Of a stretch of 64,000 nucleotides of DNA, positions 9,195 to 18,355 are shown piece after piece (the first letter of the stretch is position 1; each line of letters opens with the position of its first letter). The notes beneath the pieces are model-generated. The model was not told the origin of the DNA and did not search any database. It worked only from the letters and a program-made list of their open reading frames with translations. Position numbers and translations under genes: made by a program. The stretch is taken from the NCBI GenBank assembly GCA_018970245.1, contig JAGWWT010000003.1, positions 3,519 to 67,518 of the forward strand, written 5' to 3'. This DNA comes from Patescibacteria group bacterium. GTDB taxonomy: Bacteria; Patescibacteriota; Minisyncoccia; Phycocordibacterales; PALSA-1337.

Positions 9195-9869
9195 TTAGGT
9201 GTTCTTCTGGTCTTTCTTGAATATCTCGCCCTTGTATATCCAAACCTTGATGCCGATATCGCCATAGGTCATATGCGCCTTCTCGCGGGCAAAATCGATG
9301 TCCGCACGGAGCGTCTGGAGCGGGATCTGGCCCTTCTTGAGCTCTTCGGTGCGGGCGATCTCGGCGCCTCCCAAACGGCCCGCCAAACGGATGCGGATGC
9401 CTTTGACTTCCTTATTGGCCATGACTTTCTCGATGGTCTGCTTCATGACGCGGCGGAAAGGCAAGCGCTTCTCCAGCGATTCAGCTACCATCATGCCGGC
9501 TATGGCCGCGTTCGACTCGGGATTCCTGACCTCTTCGATGTCTATCTTGAGCTCCTGTCCGTTCAAAGCGATGGACCTGTCATGAAGGAGCCGCATGATC
9601 TTGGCTCGGAGCTTGGTGACGCCGTCACCGGCCTTGCCTATGAGAAGACCGGGCCTGGAAGTCTTTATGATGATGCGCAGGGCCTTTTGGTTGCGCTCGA
9701 TCTCGACGCCGCCCACATAGTTGCTGCGGAGGGCCTCCGTGAGGAATTCGCGTATCACCAGATCGCCTTTCAGGGCCGAACGGTATCCTTTGTGCGAGGA
9801 GAACCAGCGGCTCTTCCAGTCGCGGATGATCCCTAGCCTATGAGAATATGGGTGGACGGTGTGGGACAT
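9195..9869 (-). CDS. rpsC: 30S ribosomal protein S3
   Basis: 224 aa with KH and S3-C domain sequence (GVEIERN...RIRLAGRLGGAEIARTE). Confidence 0.93.
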   Translation of the reverse strand: MSHTVHPYSHRLGIIRDWKSRWFSSHKGYRSALKGDLVIREFLTEALRSNYVGGVEIERNQKALRIIIKTSRPGLLIGKAGDGVTKLRAKIMRLLHDRSIALNGQELKIDIEEVRNPESNAAIAGMMVAESLEKRLPFRRVMKQTIEKVMANKEVKGIRIRLAGRLGGAEIARTEELKKGQIPLQTLRADIDFAREKAHMTYGDIGIKVWIYKGEIFKKDQKNT

Positions 9870-9872
9870 GTT

Positions 9873-9923
9873 AGTCGAAAGTCTATAAAGTCATAAAGTC
9901 GAAAGTCTATAAAGTCATAAAAT
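9873..9923 (-). repeat. GACTTT(AT) heptad direct-repeat leader element, copy 2 (rplV|rpsC junction)
   Basis: Sequence identical to 7781-7827, ending CUAAC-AUG. It begins immediately after the rplV stop codon. Confidence 0.7.
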
Positions 9924-10312
9924 CATTTTGCGGCAGCCTTCTTCTTGGCCGCGGGTTTAGCGGCCATCGCGCTCTTGGGCTGCTCGACCGGAGCAAGGAC
10001 GATGGACACGTGGCTCGTCCGCTTCTTTATCGGATGGGCTGAACCGCGCGACACCGGCATGAAGCGCTTGAGGGTGTACCCCTTATCGACCCGGATCTCC
10101 TTGATGAAAAGCATGCCCTTGTCGATGCTGTGGTTATGGGATGCGTTGGAGACTGCAGATCTCAAGAGGTCAGCCAGCGGAGACTTGGCTTTCTTCGAAG
10201 CCACGCCCAGTATGGCCTCGGCTTGCGAGACGCTCTTCCCGCGGATCATATCGGCCACAAGGCGGACCTTGCGGGGCGAGATTCGGTGGTTTTTAAGCGA
10301 GGCTGTGATCAT
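9923..10312 (-). CDS. rplV: 50S ribosomal protein L22
   Basis: 129 aa, ISPRKVRLVADMIRGKSVSQAEAIL. Confidence 0.9.
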   Translation of the reverse strand: MITASLKNHRISPRKVRLVADMIRGKSVSQAEAILGVASKKAKSPLADLLRSAVSNASHNHSIDKGMLFIKEIRVDKGYTLKRFMPVSRGSAHPIKKRTSHVSIVLAPVEQPKSAMAAKPAAKKKAAAK

Positions 10313-10318
10313 TTTCTA

Positions 10319-10669
10319 TTATTTCTTAGTTGCGGCTGTGGTCGCTGCCTCCTTGGCTGCCTTTGCGGCGTTGAGCTCGGCTTCCTTGGCCTTCATCTCG
10401 ATCTCCTTCTGCATCTTTCCGCCATGGCGGACGAACTTCCTGGTCGGCGAGAACTCGCCGAGCCTGTGGCCGACCATATCTTCGGTTACGAAAACGTCCA
10501 CATGGGACTTGCCATTATGGACGCCGAAGGTGAAACCGACCATCTCTGGAGCGATCTGGGAGCGGCGGGCCCACGTCTTTATCGTGCCCAAAGAGCCCGG
10601 CTTCTTGCCGGTGATCTTCTTCATGAGATTCTCGTCAACGTATGGGCCTTTCTTTAGGCTTCTGGACAT
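10319..10669 (-). CDS. rpsS: 30S ribosomal protein S19 (Lys/Ala-rich C-terminal tail)
   Basis: [19 protein letters not shown]...[18 protein letters not shown]. Confidence 0.92.
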   Translation of the reverse strand: MSRSLKKGPYVDENLMKKITGKKPGSLGTIKTWARRSQIAPEMVGFTFGVHNGKSHVDVFVTEDMVGHRLGEFSPTRKFVRHGGKMQKEIEMKAKEAELNAAKAAKEAATTAATKK

Positions 10670-10887
10670 GGATGTTTTATTTCGATCCTGGATCTCAGCT
10701 AGATGCCTCTGCGAACAGCTGCGTTTCGTAGCCGGTCAGAATAAAAAAGTGGCTCAAATGAGCGTGGTGGCATGTTAACAGAGCCGTCATTTTAAGTCAA
10801 GGAATCGGCCGCCAGCCTCCATTCAAAGCCATGGCTGCTGGTCCGAGATTTGATGCTCTCCCCCATCGGCGCTATAATCATGCGGAA

Positions 10888-11721
10888 ATGAACTACGAAA
10901 TATTGCTCAACGGCCAGGGGATCGTCTCTGGCAACCTTGTCGGCACCGGAGCTATCGCCATCATATCTATCGCCGTCCTCATAGGCGCCATCGTCGCAGC
11001 AGGCCGCAGGATCATCCGGAAGCTGCGCGAGAATGACACGCTCAAATACGAGTTCATCACTATAATAGCCCACAAATTCAGGACTCCTCTCACCAGCACG
11101 AAATGGCTCCTTGAAGGCCAGATATCGGACGAGACAGACCATACGAAGAAGGAGAGCCTGATCGAGATGAAGAACAATACCGAGAACCTCATCTCCATGA
11201 CCGGAACGCTGATAGAGATGACGGATACTGATAACGAATCGAAGTCTTCCTATGAATTCGATAAGACAGACCTTTGCGACATCGTGAAGTCTGTAGCGGA
11301 TGCCCACAAGAGCATGTTCCACGAGAAGAACCTGTTCTTCTCTGTCAGGTGCGAAGCGGAAGGCGTCATAGTGAATGCCGACAAGCCCCGCCTGGAATTC
11401 GTCCTCCAAACTCTCATGGAAAATGCCAAATCATACACGCCGCCAGGTCGGAATGTCGAGGTCATCGTGGGCAAGAATGGCAGGTTCGGGACGGTCTCAG
11501 TGATCGACAGCGGCATAGGCATAGCGCCGCAGGACATGAGGCACATCTTCACCAAGTTCTACAGGACAAAAAACGCCCAGCAGATGGATACTGAGGGCTT
11601 CGGTGTCGGGCTTTTCTTGGCCCGATCGGTCATAAAGCGCCACAAGGGCCGACTAGAAGTCAGCTCGCCCGGAATAGACCAAGGCACGACTTTCACTCTT
11701 TCCCTGCCGCTGGCCAGATAA
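10888..11721 (+). CDS. sensor histidine kinase (HisKA + HATPase_c) with one N-terminal TM segment; orphan, no response regulator nearby
   Basis: H-box IIAHKFRTPL; ATP-binding lid DSGIGIAPQDMRHIFTKFYR...GFGVGL. Start placed at the ATG MNYEILL; the ORF extends to 10831. It is antisense to rpsS and rplB. Confidence 0.75.
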   Translation: MNYEILLNGQGIVSGNLVGTGAIAIISIAVLIGAIVAAGRRIIRKLRENDTLKYEFITIIAHKFRTPLTSTKWLLEGQISDETDHTKKESLIEMKNNTENLISMTGTLIEMTDTDNESKSSYEFDKTDLCDIVKSVADAHKSMFHEKNLFFSVRCEAEGVIVNADKPRLEFVLQTLMENAKSYTPPGRNVEVIVGKNGRFGTVSVIDSGIGIAPQDMRHIFTKFYRTKNAQQMDTEGFGVGLFLARSVIKRHKGRLEVSSPGIDQGTTFTLSLPLAR

Positions 11722-11872
11722 CGGCTATTTTGGGCGCTTTTACGCCGCAGAGGCTGGCTCACTTGCCTATGATCAAGCGCACGAGCTTGGCGATCACGAA
11801 TTTAGTGGATTTTGAGAGTATGTCGTACATGCTTTTGTGGAGAATGGGCCGATTGACCGTCTGGACCAGCGC

Positions 11873-12727
11873 TTAGCTGGCTGCTCGCATGTTCTTGCCC
11901 GGCTCGCGTCTGGAGACGATGTAGACATTCGAATACTTCTTTGAGCGGCGAGTCTTCTGGCCCTTGCCGGCTGGCTTGCCCCAGCGCGTCTTCAAGCGTC
12001 TGAGACCGCGGCCTTGGCGCTGTTCGCCGCCGCCGTAAGGATGGTCGACAGGGTTCTGTGCCGTGCCGCGGACGGTCGGGCGGATGCCGAGCCAGCGTGA
12101 TCGGCCAGCCTTGCCGATGTGGACCAAGCGGTTCTCTTCGTTAGAAACGGCGCCTATGGAAGCCCAAGCGTCCTCATGGATCTTGCGGACCTCGGTCGAA
12201 GGCATCTTTATATGGGTGTAGCCGGCGTCATTGGCGATGACCTGAGCGAACGAGCCGGCCGAACGGACGAGCTTGGCGCCAGAGCCTGGTTTGACCTCGA
12301 TGTTGTAGACGAAGGTGCCGACCGGGATCTTCTTTAGCGGCAAACGGTTTCCGGTCTCGATAGGGGCGTTCTCGGACACGAGGAAGGAATTGCCGACCTT
12401 CATGGTCTTCGGCAGGAGGACATAGCGCTTGGTGCCGTCCTTGTAGTCGACGATGCCGACATAGCCGGTGCGGAACGGATCATATTCTACGGTCTTGACC
12501 GTGGCGACCATGTCTTTCTTGTCATACATGAAGTCGATCTCTCGATAGAGCTTCTTGTGGCCGGCGCCCTTGTGGCGAACGGTGACGCGGCCGTGAGCGT
12601 TGCGCCCGACATCGCGCTTGAAACCGTGAGTGAGCGGCTTGTACGGCTCCGAAGCGGTGACGTACTCCTTGAACGGGAGGACGGTCATGTGGCGGCGCGA
12701 TTTGGTATATGGTCGGTAGGATTTCAT
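11873..12727 (-). CDS. rplB: 50S ribosomal protein L2
   Basis: 284 aa, ...GRNAHGRVTVRHKGAGHKK..., GTAQNPVDHPYGGGEQRQGRG. Confidence 0.95.
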   Translation of the reverse strand: MKSYRPYTKSRRHMTVLPFKEYVTASEPYKPLTHGFKRDVGRNAHGRVTVRHKGAGHKKLYREIDFMYDKKDMVATVKTVEYDPFRTGYVGIVDYKDGTKRYVLLPKTMKVGNSFLVSENAPIETGNRLPLKKIPVGTFVYNIEVKPGSGAKLVRSAGSFAQVIANDAGYTHIKMPSTEVRKIHEDAWASIGAVSNEENRLVHIGKAGRSRWLGIRPTVRGTAQNPVDHPYGGGEQRQGRGLRRLKTRWGKPAGKGQKTRRSKKYSNVYIVSRREPGKNMRAAS

Positions 12728-12735
12728 GGAAATAT

Positions 12736-12764
12736 GGTTACAGGTTGCAAGTCGCAGGTTACAC
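12736..12764. repeat. heptad-array element, short locus B (rplW 3' end|rplB start), GTTNCAR units only
   Basis: ggttacaggttgcaagtcgcaggttacac. Overlaps the last codons and stop codon of rplW. Confidence 0.55.
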
Positions 12765-13214
12765 GAAGTCGATCTTTTCGCCAGCCTTCACGGTCACAAG
12801 CGCCTTGCGCATGCCCGCGACTGTCCCCTTCTTGCCTTTGACGAAGACGTTCTTCATGGGGGTGTTGATCATGGCCACCTTGACTGGGGTGACCTTGTAG
12901 ATGGCCTTTATGGCCTTGGCGACGCTGGCCTTGTTGGCGTCCTTGTTGACCTCGAACGTGTAGACGTTCGACTGCGAAAGAAGGCCGGATTTCTCAGTCA
13001 CGCGCGGCCGGATGACCACCGAGGCGGCAACGGTCTCTTCTACGACCTTGAGCTTCGGGACGGCAACAGCCTTGGTCTTGGATCCGGACTGGACGGCTGC
13101 CTTCTGCTTCTTGGCGCCCTTGGCCGGCGACTTCTTATCGGCGACAGCCTTGGCCGCCTCGGCGCCCTGCTCGAGCTTCTCGTCTTTGCGCTTTTTGAAA
13201 CCGAATATGGCCAT
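12759..13214 (-). CDS. rplW: 50S ribosomal protein L23 with Lys/Ala-rich N-terminal extension
   Basis: C-terminal region ...NVYTFEVNKDANKASVAKAIKAIYKVTPVKVAMIN matches L23. Confidence 0.85.
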   Translation of the reverse strand: MAIFGFKKRKDEKLEQGAEAAKAVADKKSPAKGAKKQKAAVQSGSKTKAVAVPKLKVVEETVAASVVIRPRVTEKSGLLSQSNVYTFEVNKDANKASVAKAIKAIYKVTPVKVAMINTPMKNVFVKGKKGTVAGMRKALVTVKAGEKIDFV

Positions 13215-13219
13215 GGCGG

Positions 13220-13879
13220 TTATTTCTTGGCGGTCAGAGCTTTTAGAGACTCTGCCGGATTGGCGACTATGAGGAACGTATGGTTCAGCACTGAAACGGG
13301 ATTGATGTTCCTGAATTCCTCGACGGCGACGTTCCCGAAATTGCGGAAGCTCTTCTCGACGGCCGCAGCCTTCTTGTCCAGGGCGATGATGGCGGCATTG
13401 GCCTTCTTCGTGCCCAACCTCTCATAGCCCTTTATCTTGGACAGAGAATCGAGGACGCCCTTGGCTTCCTTGGCTTTCGGCGCTTCGAACTTCACTGAAT
13501 CAAGGAATAGGATCTCGCCATCCTTGTACTTTTTAGAAAGGATCGTGAAAAGGGCCTTGGATTTGGCTTTGCGGTTGATCTTTCTGGAATAGTTCTTCTC
13601 GTTGCGAGGACCGTGCGCGACGCCGCCGCCGACCCAGATCGGCGAACGCGTCGAACCGTGGCGGGCGCGGCCTGTTCCCTTCTGCTTCCAAGGCTTCCTG
13701 CCGCCGCCGCGGACCTCACCGCGGGTCTTGGTATGGGCAACGGGCGTCCTAGAGTTTGAGTTCATGAGCCGCACGATCTCATGTACGAGATCGGCATTCC
13801 AAGGAACGTTGAAAATATCCTCGGGAAGAGAGATCTTGCCGGCTGATTTGCCCTGCTGGTTATAGACGGTCGCTTCCAT
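13220..13879 (-). CDS. rplD: 50S ribosomal protein L4
   Basis: METAVYNQQGK...KPWKQKGTGRARHGS. Start placed at the internal ATG; the ORF extends to 13924. Confidence 0.9.
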   Translation of the reverse strand: MEATVYNQQGKSAGKISLPEDIFNVPWNADLVHEIVRLMNSNSRTPVAHTKTRGEVRGGGRKPWKQKGTGRARHGSTRSPIWVGGGVAHGPRNEKNYSRKINRKAKSKALFTILSKKYKDGEILFLDSVKFEAPKAKEAKGVLDSLSKIKGYERLGTKKANAAIIALDKKAAAVEKSFRNFGNVAVEEFRNINPVSVLNHTFLIVANPAESLKALTAKK

Positions 13880-13957
13880 GGTCTCTGGATAAATAAAATA
13901 GGCTCTGTCGAGCGCGGAATGCATCTTAACAGAGCCGTCTTTTTAAGTCAACGGCTG

Positions 13958-14018
13958 GCGCGGTTTTCGCAAGGTCGAGCGCGGTTTTCGCAAGGTCGAG
14001 CGCGGTTTTCGCACGACA
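13958..14018. repeat. 21-bp tandem direct repeat, about 2.7 copies (gcgcggttttcgcaaggtcga)
   Basis: Read directly. Further small tandem duplications lie at 14264-14305 and 14306-14330. The ORF 13919..14329 (ARFSQGRARFSQGRARFS) is an artefact of these repeats. Confidence 0.8.
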
Positions 14019-14306
14019 TCTTGCTTTTTAGTGTTTTTTCACGACTAATTCATCAGAAATTTATCCCGACCATGTACAATGCGACAATGTATGCCTGGCG
14101 TGGCCGGGATGCTGCTGATGAAAAACTCTCTGTTAGCCAACTGAGACTCCGTGACAAACGACGGCTAAATATCGTACCGAATCACGGCTATAAATCGTCC
14201 GCAGTCTCAATTAGCTCACACCCCATTTTTAGACCATTGACCCTTGGATCACATAGGCCCACCCCCTTCGGCAAGCAGCCGCCCTTTGGCAAGCAGCCGC
14301 CCTTAC

Positions 14307-14684
14307 ATGACTCCTTACATGACTATTGATACCGAATACGATGATGGCCTAGATTATTTTCGGCTAGCGATCTGGGATCTGCGCCTGAAAGCCACGAGAA
14401 GCCGGCTCGCGATCCTTGAAGCGTTATATGACGAATACTCTCCACCAGAATTATCAGCGAAAGAGATCGTTGCAAAGCTTCGAACTGCTAGCCGAGCCTC
14501 GATATATCGACATCTAAGAACGTTCTTGAAGGCCTCGCTCATAGAGATCATCAGAAAAGGCCCTGACGGCTCGATCTATAGATGGTGCGATAGCAGACGC
14601 TCGATCACTCGTATCGCAAAGCCTCTATCGGGCTCTTCCGAGAGGCCTGCCGAGCTGGATAGCCGCCGAAAACCAGCCCGATGA
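14307..14684 (+). CDS. Fur-family-like winged-helix regulator, possibly truncated or degenerate (no C-terminal His/Cys metal site)
   Basis: LKATRSRLAILEALYDEYSPPELSAKEIVAKLRTASRASIYRHLRTFLKASLIE resembles the Fur N-terminal DNA-binding domain. The 3' end overlaps the convergent FtsX gene by 80 nt. Confidence 0.4.
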   Translation: MTPYMTIDTEYDDGLDYFRLAIWDLRLKATRSRLAILEALYDEYSPPELSAKEIVAKLRTASRASIYRHLRTFLKASLIEIIRKGPDGSIYRWCDSRRSITRIAKPLSGSSERPAELDSRRKPAR

Positions 14685-15846
14685 GAGCTGAGACGCCGAA
14701 ACCTAGAGCCGCGCCATCCCACGGGAAGACGAATTGCCAGCTCACATTCAGGCCCTTGGACAAGCCGATCGATATGAGATACGCGAGCGACGCGCCGAGA
14801 AGGATCCCGACCACCCCGCCGATCACCGTCAGGAGCACGGCCTCTAGGAGGAATTGCTTCAATATATCGCCGTCGCGCGCACCGAGAGATTTGCGCAAGC
14901 CGATCTCGCGGGTGCGTTCGGTCACAGCGACTAGCATTATGTTCATGATGCCGACTCCGCCTACGAATAGAGCGATCGAAGCGACGGCGACGAGGAAATA
15001 CGTGAGCGCGCTGGTGATCGTACCGAGCCTGTTCGCCAGGTCTTGTTGGGTCTGAACCGTGAAATCGTCCTTGCTAGGATCGGTGATCCCATGCGATTCG
15101 CGCAAAGTGAGCGTTATGTCGTCGGCCGTCACCGGGACATTCTGGTCGCTGTCGGCCTGGATGATGAGGCGGTTATAGTACTTCTGGCCGAGCACATAAT
15201 CCATGGCTGTCGTATAAGGCATGATTACCATGCTATCGAAATTGAAGAGCGAGCCGCCGCCCGAGGGAGGCAGGGTGCCGACGACTTTGAAATTGCGGCC
15301 ATTGAGCCTGATCTTCTGCCCTATCGGGTCCTGATTTGTGTCCGCGAAGAGATGCTCGACGACCTTGGAGCCGATGACGACGACGTCATTCTTGGACAGG
15401 ACATCGTCTGTCGTGAAGAAATCGCCGGCAGGATGGAGGTCGAATATCTGCGCCAAAAGGTCGCTGCCCCCGAAGATTGTCACCTGGTAGACGTCAGAAC
15501 CGTACGAAGCCGACGATGCGCCGATCACGGTGGGCATTATGGCCTGAAGATGCGGGACATTGGCCTTGTTCTCGAGGGCGGTCACATCCTGCGGCTTGAG
15601 GCTGTCGCTGTATAGAGCGCTCACATCAGAGGGTCCGGTCGGCTCGCGTCCAGGGATGACGGCGATGGTGTTGGTGCCTAGCCCTTGGACTTGGCCGAGA
15701 ATGAGCGCCTGCGCACCCGCGCCGAGCGATATCACCAGCATGATTGCCGTGATGCCTATGACGATGCCAAGAATGGTCAGCGCAGATCGAGAGCGGTTCG
15801 TCGAGAGCCCCGTGAGCGCCGTTTTGAATGTGTGCTTCCAGGTCAT
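14605..15846 (-). CDS. ABC transporter permease, MacB/FtsX family (periplasmic MacB domain + FtsX TM bundle)
   Basis: 413 aa with an N-terminal TM, large extracytoplasmic domain and C-terminal FtsX helices ending ...GGYPARQASRKSPIEALRYE. Confidence 0.85.
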   Translation of the reverse strand: MTWKHTFKTALTGLSTNRSRSALTILGIVIGITAIMLVISLGAGAQALILGQVQGLGTNTIAVIPGREPTGPSDVSALYSDSLKPQDVTALENKANVPHLQAIMPTVIGASSASYGSDVYQVTIFGGSDLLAQIFDLHPAGDFFTTDDVLSKNDVVVIGSKVVEHLFADTNQDPIGQKIRLNGRNFKVVGTLPPSGGGSLFNFDSMVIMPYTTAMDYVLGQKYYNRLIIQADSDQNVPVTADDITLTLRESHGITDPSKDDFTVQTQQDLANRLGTITSALTYFLVAVASIALFVGGVGIMNIMLVAVTERTREIGLRKSLGARDGDILKQFLLEAVLLTVIGGVVGILLGASLAYLISIGLSKGLNVSWQFVFPWDGAALGFGVSALIGLVFGGYPARQASRKSPIEALRYE

Positions 15847-15862
15847 CCGCCTAATTCTAGCA

Positions 15863-17164
15863 TTAATAACCAGCTGGGGGCTTTACTTTATGGCCTAACA
15901 TATCGAGATCGAGTGGATTAATTGCTGCTTTTCGAGGCAGCTTTCTGGCTATTATATACCCGATAATGATAAATATAGCCATAAGAATCGCCGCAAAGCG
16001 ATAGTTCATGGCATCAGCTTTCGGAAGATACGTCACAGCTAGTCCCCACGAAAGCGGACCCATGAAAGTGGCGAAACGTTCCATTAAAGTGTAATAAGTG
16101 AACGAACGGTTGAGGAAGCTCCTGGGTGTGAGGTGCAAAAGATACGCGCGGGTTATCGTCCAGATCGAACCGTACCACACGCCCATGACCAAGCAGGCGA
16201 TAATGAAAGCGATGAAGCCGTGAACGGCCGCGAATATCGGCAGTATCACCATCCAGCCAGCAAGATTCCAAAGCAAAACTTTCTTGAAACCGAATCTATC
16301 AGCTAGCCATCCGCTTATCGGAGCACCTATCACTCCAGCGAAGATGATAGAGATCAAGACGAGGTTTTGGGTGTTGCCGGTTATGAACATGACTTTATCC
16401 ATCCAGATCGGAAAATTATTCGAGGCCGTGGTAACGGCGTCGTTGAAAAAGAAGTACGCCAAAAGGAAGAGGCCTACTCCCGGCAGGGTGCACATTTTGA
16501 TGAATGATCCAACCACATCTCTATATTCTTTGACGATATCTATCTTCACGCAGACTTTTGTCGACTTCTCTTTGAAGAATATGAGCATCGGCAATGAAAA
16601 TATCAGGAACAAGATAGCTGCCGGCATCAAGGTGGCAGCTCGACCGTCCGGACCGATAAGGACTAGCGCGCCGCTGGCGACCGGCAAAGAGACTAGGAGC
16701 CCGAATATCTGACCGGAATAATCGCCGAACATTCCCCAACCCGATGCCAAGCCATGTTTTTCGTGAACAGCGATATCTTTGAGGAGAGGGTTGTAATAGG
16801 TATAACAGAAGAGATAAAAATATGAAGCTAGCGAAAAAGTCACGGCCGAGAGCACATAATAGGCTGGATAAATTTCAGCAATGAATCCTGTCAGAAAGAA
16901 AAAGATGAAAGAAAAGATAGTCGTCACACGCAAACCAGGCATATTCACATTGAGCTTATCAGCGACGGACCCGGCGACTGGAACAGTCAGCAAAAATAGC
17001 AGGCTAGCTCCGACAAATGTCATATTGAACCAGATGTCTGGCACGCCACGATCGACAACGAGCCATTCGGAGTAATACAAGAAGAAGACGATCAGAGCGA
17101 TAGCATGCCCAAAATTGTACATGCTCCATAGGACGAGGCGCTTGATGTCGAGGCCGGGTTTCAT
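15863..17164 (-). CDS. MFS-type transporter (12 TM)
   Basis: 433-aa highly hydrophobic protein with an MFS-like helix pattern and a central loop. Confidence 0.65.
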   Translation of the reverse strand: MKPGLDIKRLVLWSMYNFGHAIALIVFFLYYSEWLVVDRGVPDIWFNMTFVGASLLFLLTVPVAGSVADKLNVNMPGLRVTTIFSFIFFFLTGFIAEIYPAYYVLSAVTFSLASYFYLFCYTYYNPLLKDIAVHEKHGLASGWGMFGDYSGQIFGLLVSLPVASGALVLIGPDGRAATLMPAAILFLIFSLPMLIFFKEKSTKVCVKIDIVKEYRDVVGSFIKMCTLPGVGLFLLAYFFFNDAVTTASNNFPIWMDKVMFITGNTQNLVLISIIFAGVIGAPISGWLADRFGFKKVLLWNLAGWMVILPIFAAVHGFIAFIIACLVMGVWYGSIWTITRAYLLHLTPRSFLNRSFTYYTLMERFATFMGPLSWGLAVTYLPKADAMNYRFAAILMAIFIIIGYIIARKLPRKAAINPLDLDMLGHKVKPPAGY

Positions 17165-17165
17165 G

Positions 17166-17708
17166 TCACCTTAAGTGTCCAAGTCCCTCTAAAACAACTG
17201 CGTTGGCCAGACCTTTCAAGGACTCTCCTCTTGTGACGATTTTTGATTTCCTGATACCGCTACCTAGAACGACGATATCTGTGTCAACGACTGCCTTATC
17301 AATCAGCACAGGCCAATCATTTGGCAGTCCGATTCCCGTGATGCCTCCATAATCCATTTTCGTTAGTGCGACAGCTTCATCCATAGGCGCGAACGAGACT
17401 TTGCGGGCACCCAAATGCCTGCGCACCAATCCATTCACGTCTGCTTTCGTCGTCGCCAATATCATGCAGGCCGCATACCAATTCTTATCTGCTCTAGAAG
17501 CTTTTACCACGACGCAATTCACGGTCTGATTCGGCGCGATCTTATAGTATTCACAAAAGGCTGCTGTATCTGAATATTGTGGATCGATCTCGGCCACGCT
17601 GAATCCAGATGCATTTGAAAGTGACGATATAGCCGTATGGACGGTTTCAGCCAGAAGCTCGCGGTGATCGACAGCTGGTATGAGTTTTAATTCACCAAGA
17701 GAGTTCAT
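17166..17708 (-). CDS. YbaK/ProX-family aminoacyl-tRNA deacylase domain protein
   Basis: ...RKVSFAPMDEAVALTKMDYGGITGIGLPNDWPVLIDKAVVDTDIVVLGSGIRKSKI matches the YbaK/EbsC fold signature. Confidence 0.55.
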   Translation of the reverse strand: MNSLGELKLIPAVDHRELLAETVHTAISSLSNASGFSVAEIDPQYSDTAAFCEYYKIAPNQTVNCVVVKASRADKNWYAACMILATTKADVNGLVRRHLGARKVSFAPMDEAVALTKMDYGGITGIGLPNDWPVLIDKAVVDTDIVVLGSGIRKSKIVTRGESLKGLANAVVLEGLGHLR

Positions 17709-17710
17709 GT

Positions 17711-18310
17711 CTAATCAAGAATAACAGTAACTTTTTCCAGCCAATATCGCAAAGGTTTTTCATTTGTGACTAGGAATGCCCTGCCGCCAAGCTTTTCAAA
17801 GTATCCGCAGGTTGTTGGGGAATCATCTATAAGAACCGAACTCCCAATCGTCGAACCAATCCTTTCAATGACATCAAGGTAAGCTTTCCCTTCATTGTCG
17901 TTTTTTGAATTTCCACGCGAATGAGAAGACTCTATGAGATCAAAATGTTCATCCAACTTAAGAGTTGGAACGGTGAATCGCTCGAAGCAGTCCATATTAT
18001 CCGTCATAAGAACGGCTATGAATTTGCTCCTCAAAGAATCGATTGTTTTCAGGTCAGTCTCATCGACTTTCATAGTCTTGCAATCTGAAACAAATAGATT
18101 CCAGAGCATTTCATAGTCAATGCCAAGTTCCTCCGACAGAAAACGATTAATATCTTCTGAAGAATATTTATTCCTCATCCAATCGTTTACTCTCTGTTTG
18201 TCGGAAAACAGAAGTTCTTGAATTTTCACATTATTTGTCTTATCTAAGCTTCTCCAAAACCTATCGAAACAAAGCGTACCGTCGAAGTCTACGAATAAGA
18301 CCGGCTTCAT
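17711..18310 (-). CDS. HAD-superfamily hydrolase (AT-rich, likely horizontally acquired)
   Basis: Motif I, FVDFDGTLC (DxDGT). The gene is markedly AT-rich relative to its flanks. Confidence 0.6.
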   Translation of the reverse strand: MKPVLFVDFDGTLCFDRFWRSLDKTNNVKIQELLFSDKQRVNDWMRNKYSSEDINRFLSEELGIDYEMLWNLFVSDCKTMKVDETDLKTIDSLRSKFIAVLMTDNMDCFERFTVPTLKLDEHFDLIESSHSRGNSKNDNEGKAYLDVIERIGSTIGSSVLIDDSPTTCGYFEKLGGRAFLVTNEKPLRYWLEKVTVILD

Positions 18311-18355
18311 GACTTAAGCATACTATCAAGCGTCGCCATCTGCTAATATTCTCAT

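Noticed and set aside
8185-9836. Long plus-strand ORFs (8185..9024, 9138..9836, and similar ones such as 34471..35799, 53474..54262, 25184..25804) antisense to r-protein, fusA and pilB genes
   Set aside because: They are shadow ORFs typical of high-GC DNA. They lack recognisable motifs and are low-complexity and Arg/Ala-rich, while the opposite strand encodes unmistakable conserved proteins.
10792-11409. 205-aa minus-strand ORF overlapping the histidine kinase
   Set aside because: The plus-strand reading has clear HisKA and HATPase motifs, whereas the minus-strand ORF has none.
13919-14329. 136-aa ORF with ARFSQGRARFSQGRARFS and FGKQPPFGKQPP repeats
   Set aside because: The protein repeats simply mirror 18-21-bp tandem DNA duplications in an intergenic region, and there is no start-codon context; I treat it as non-coding.
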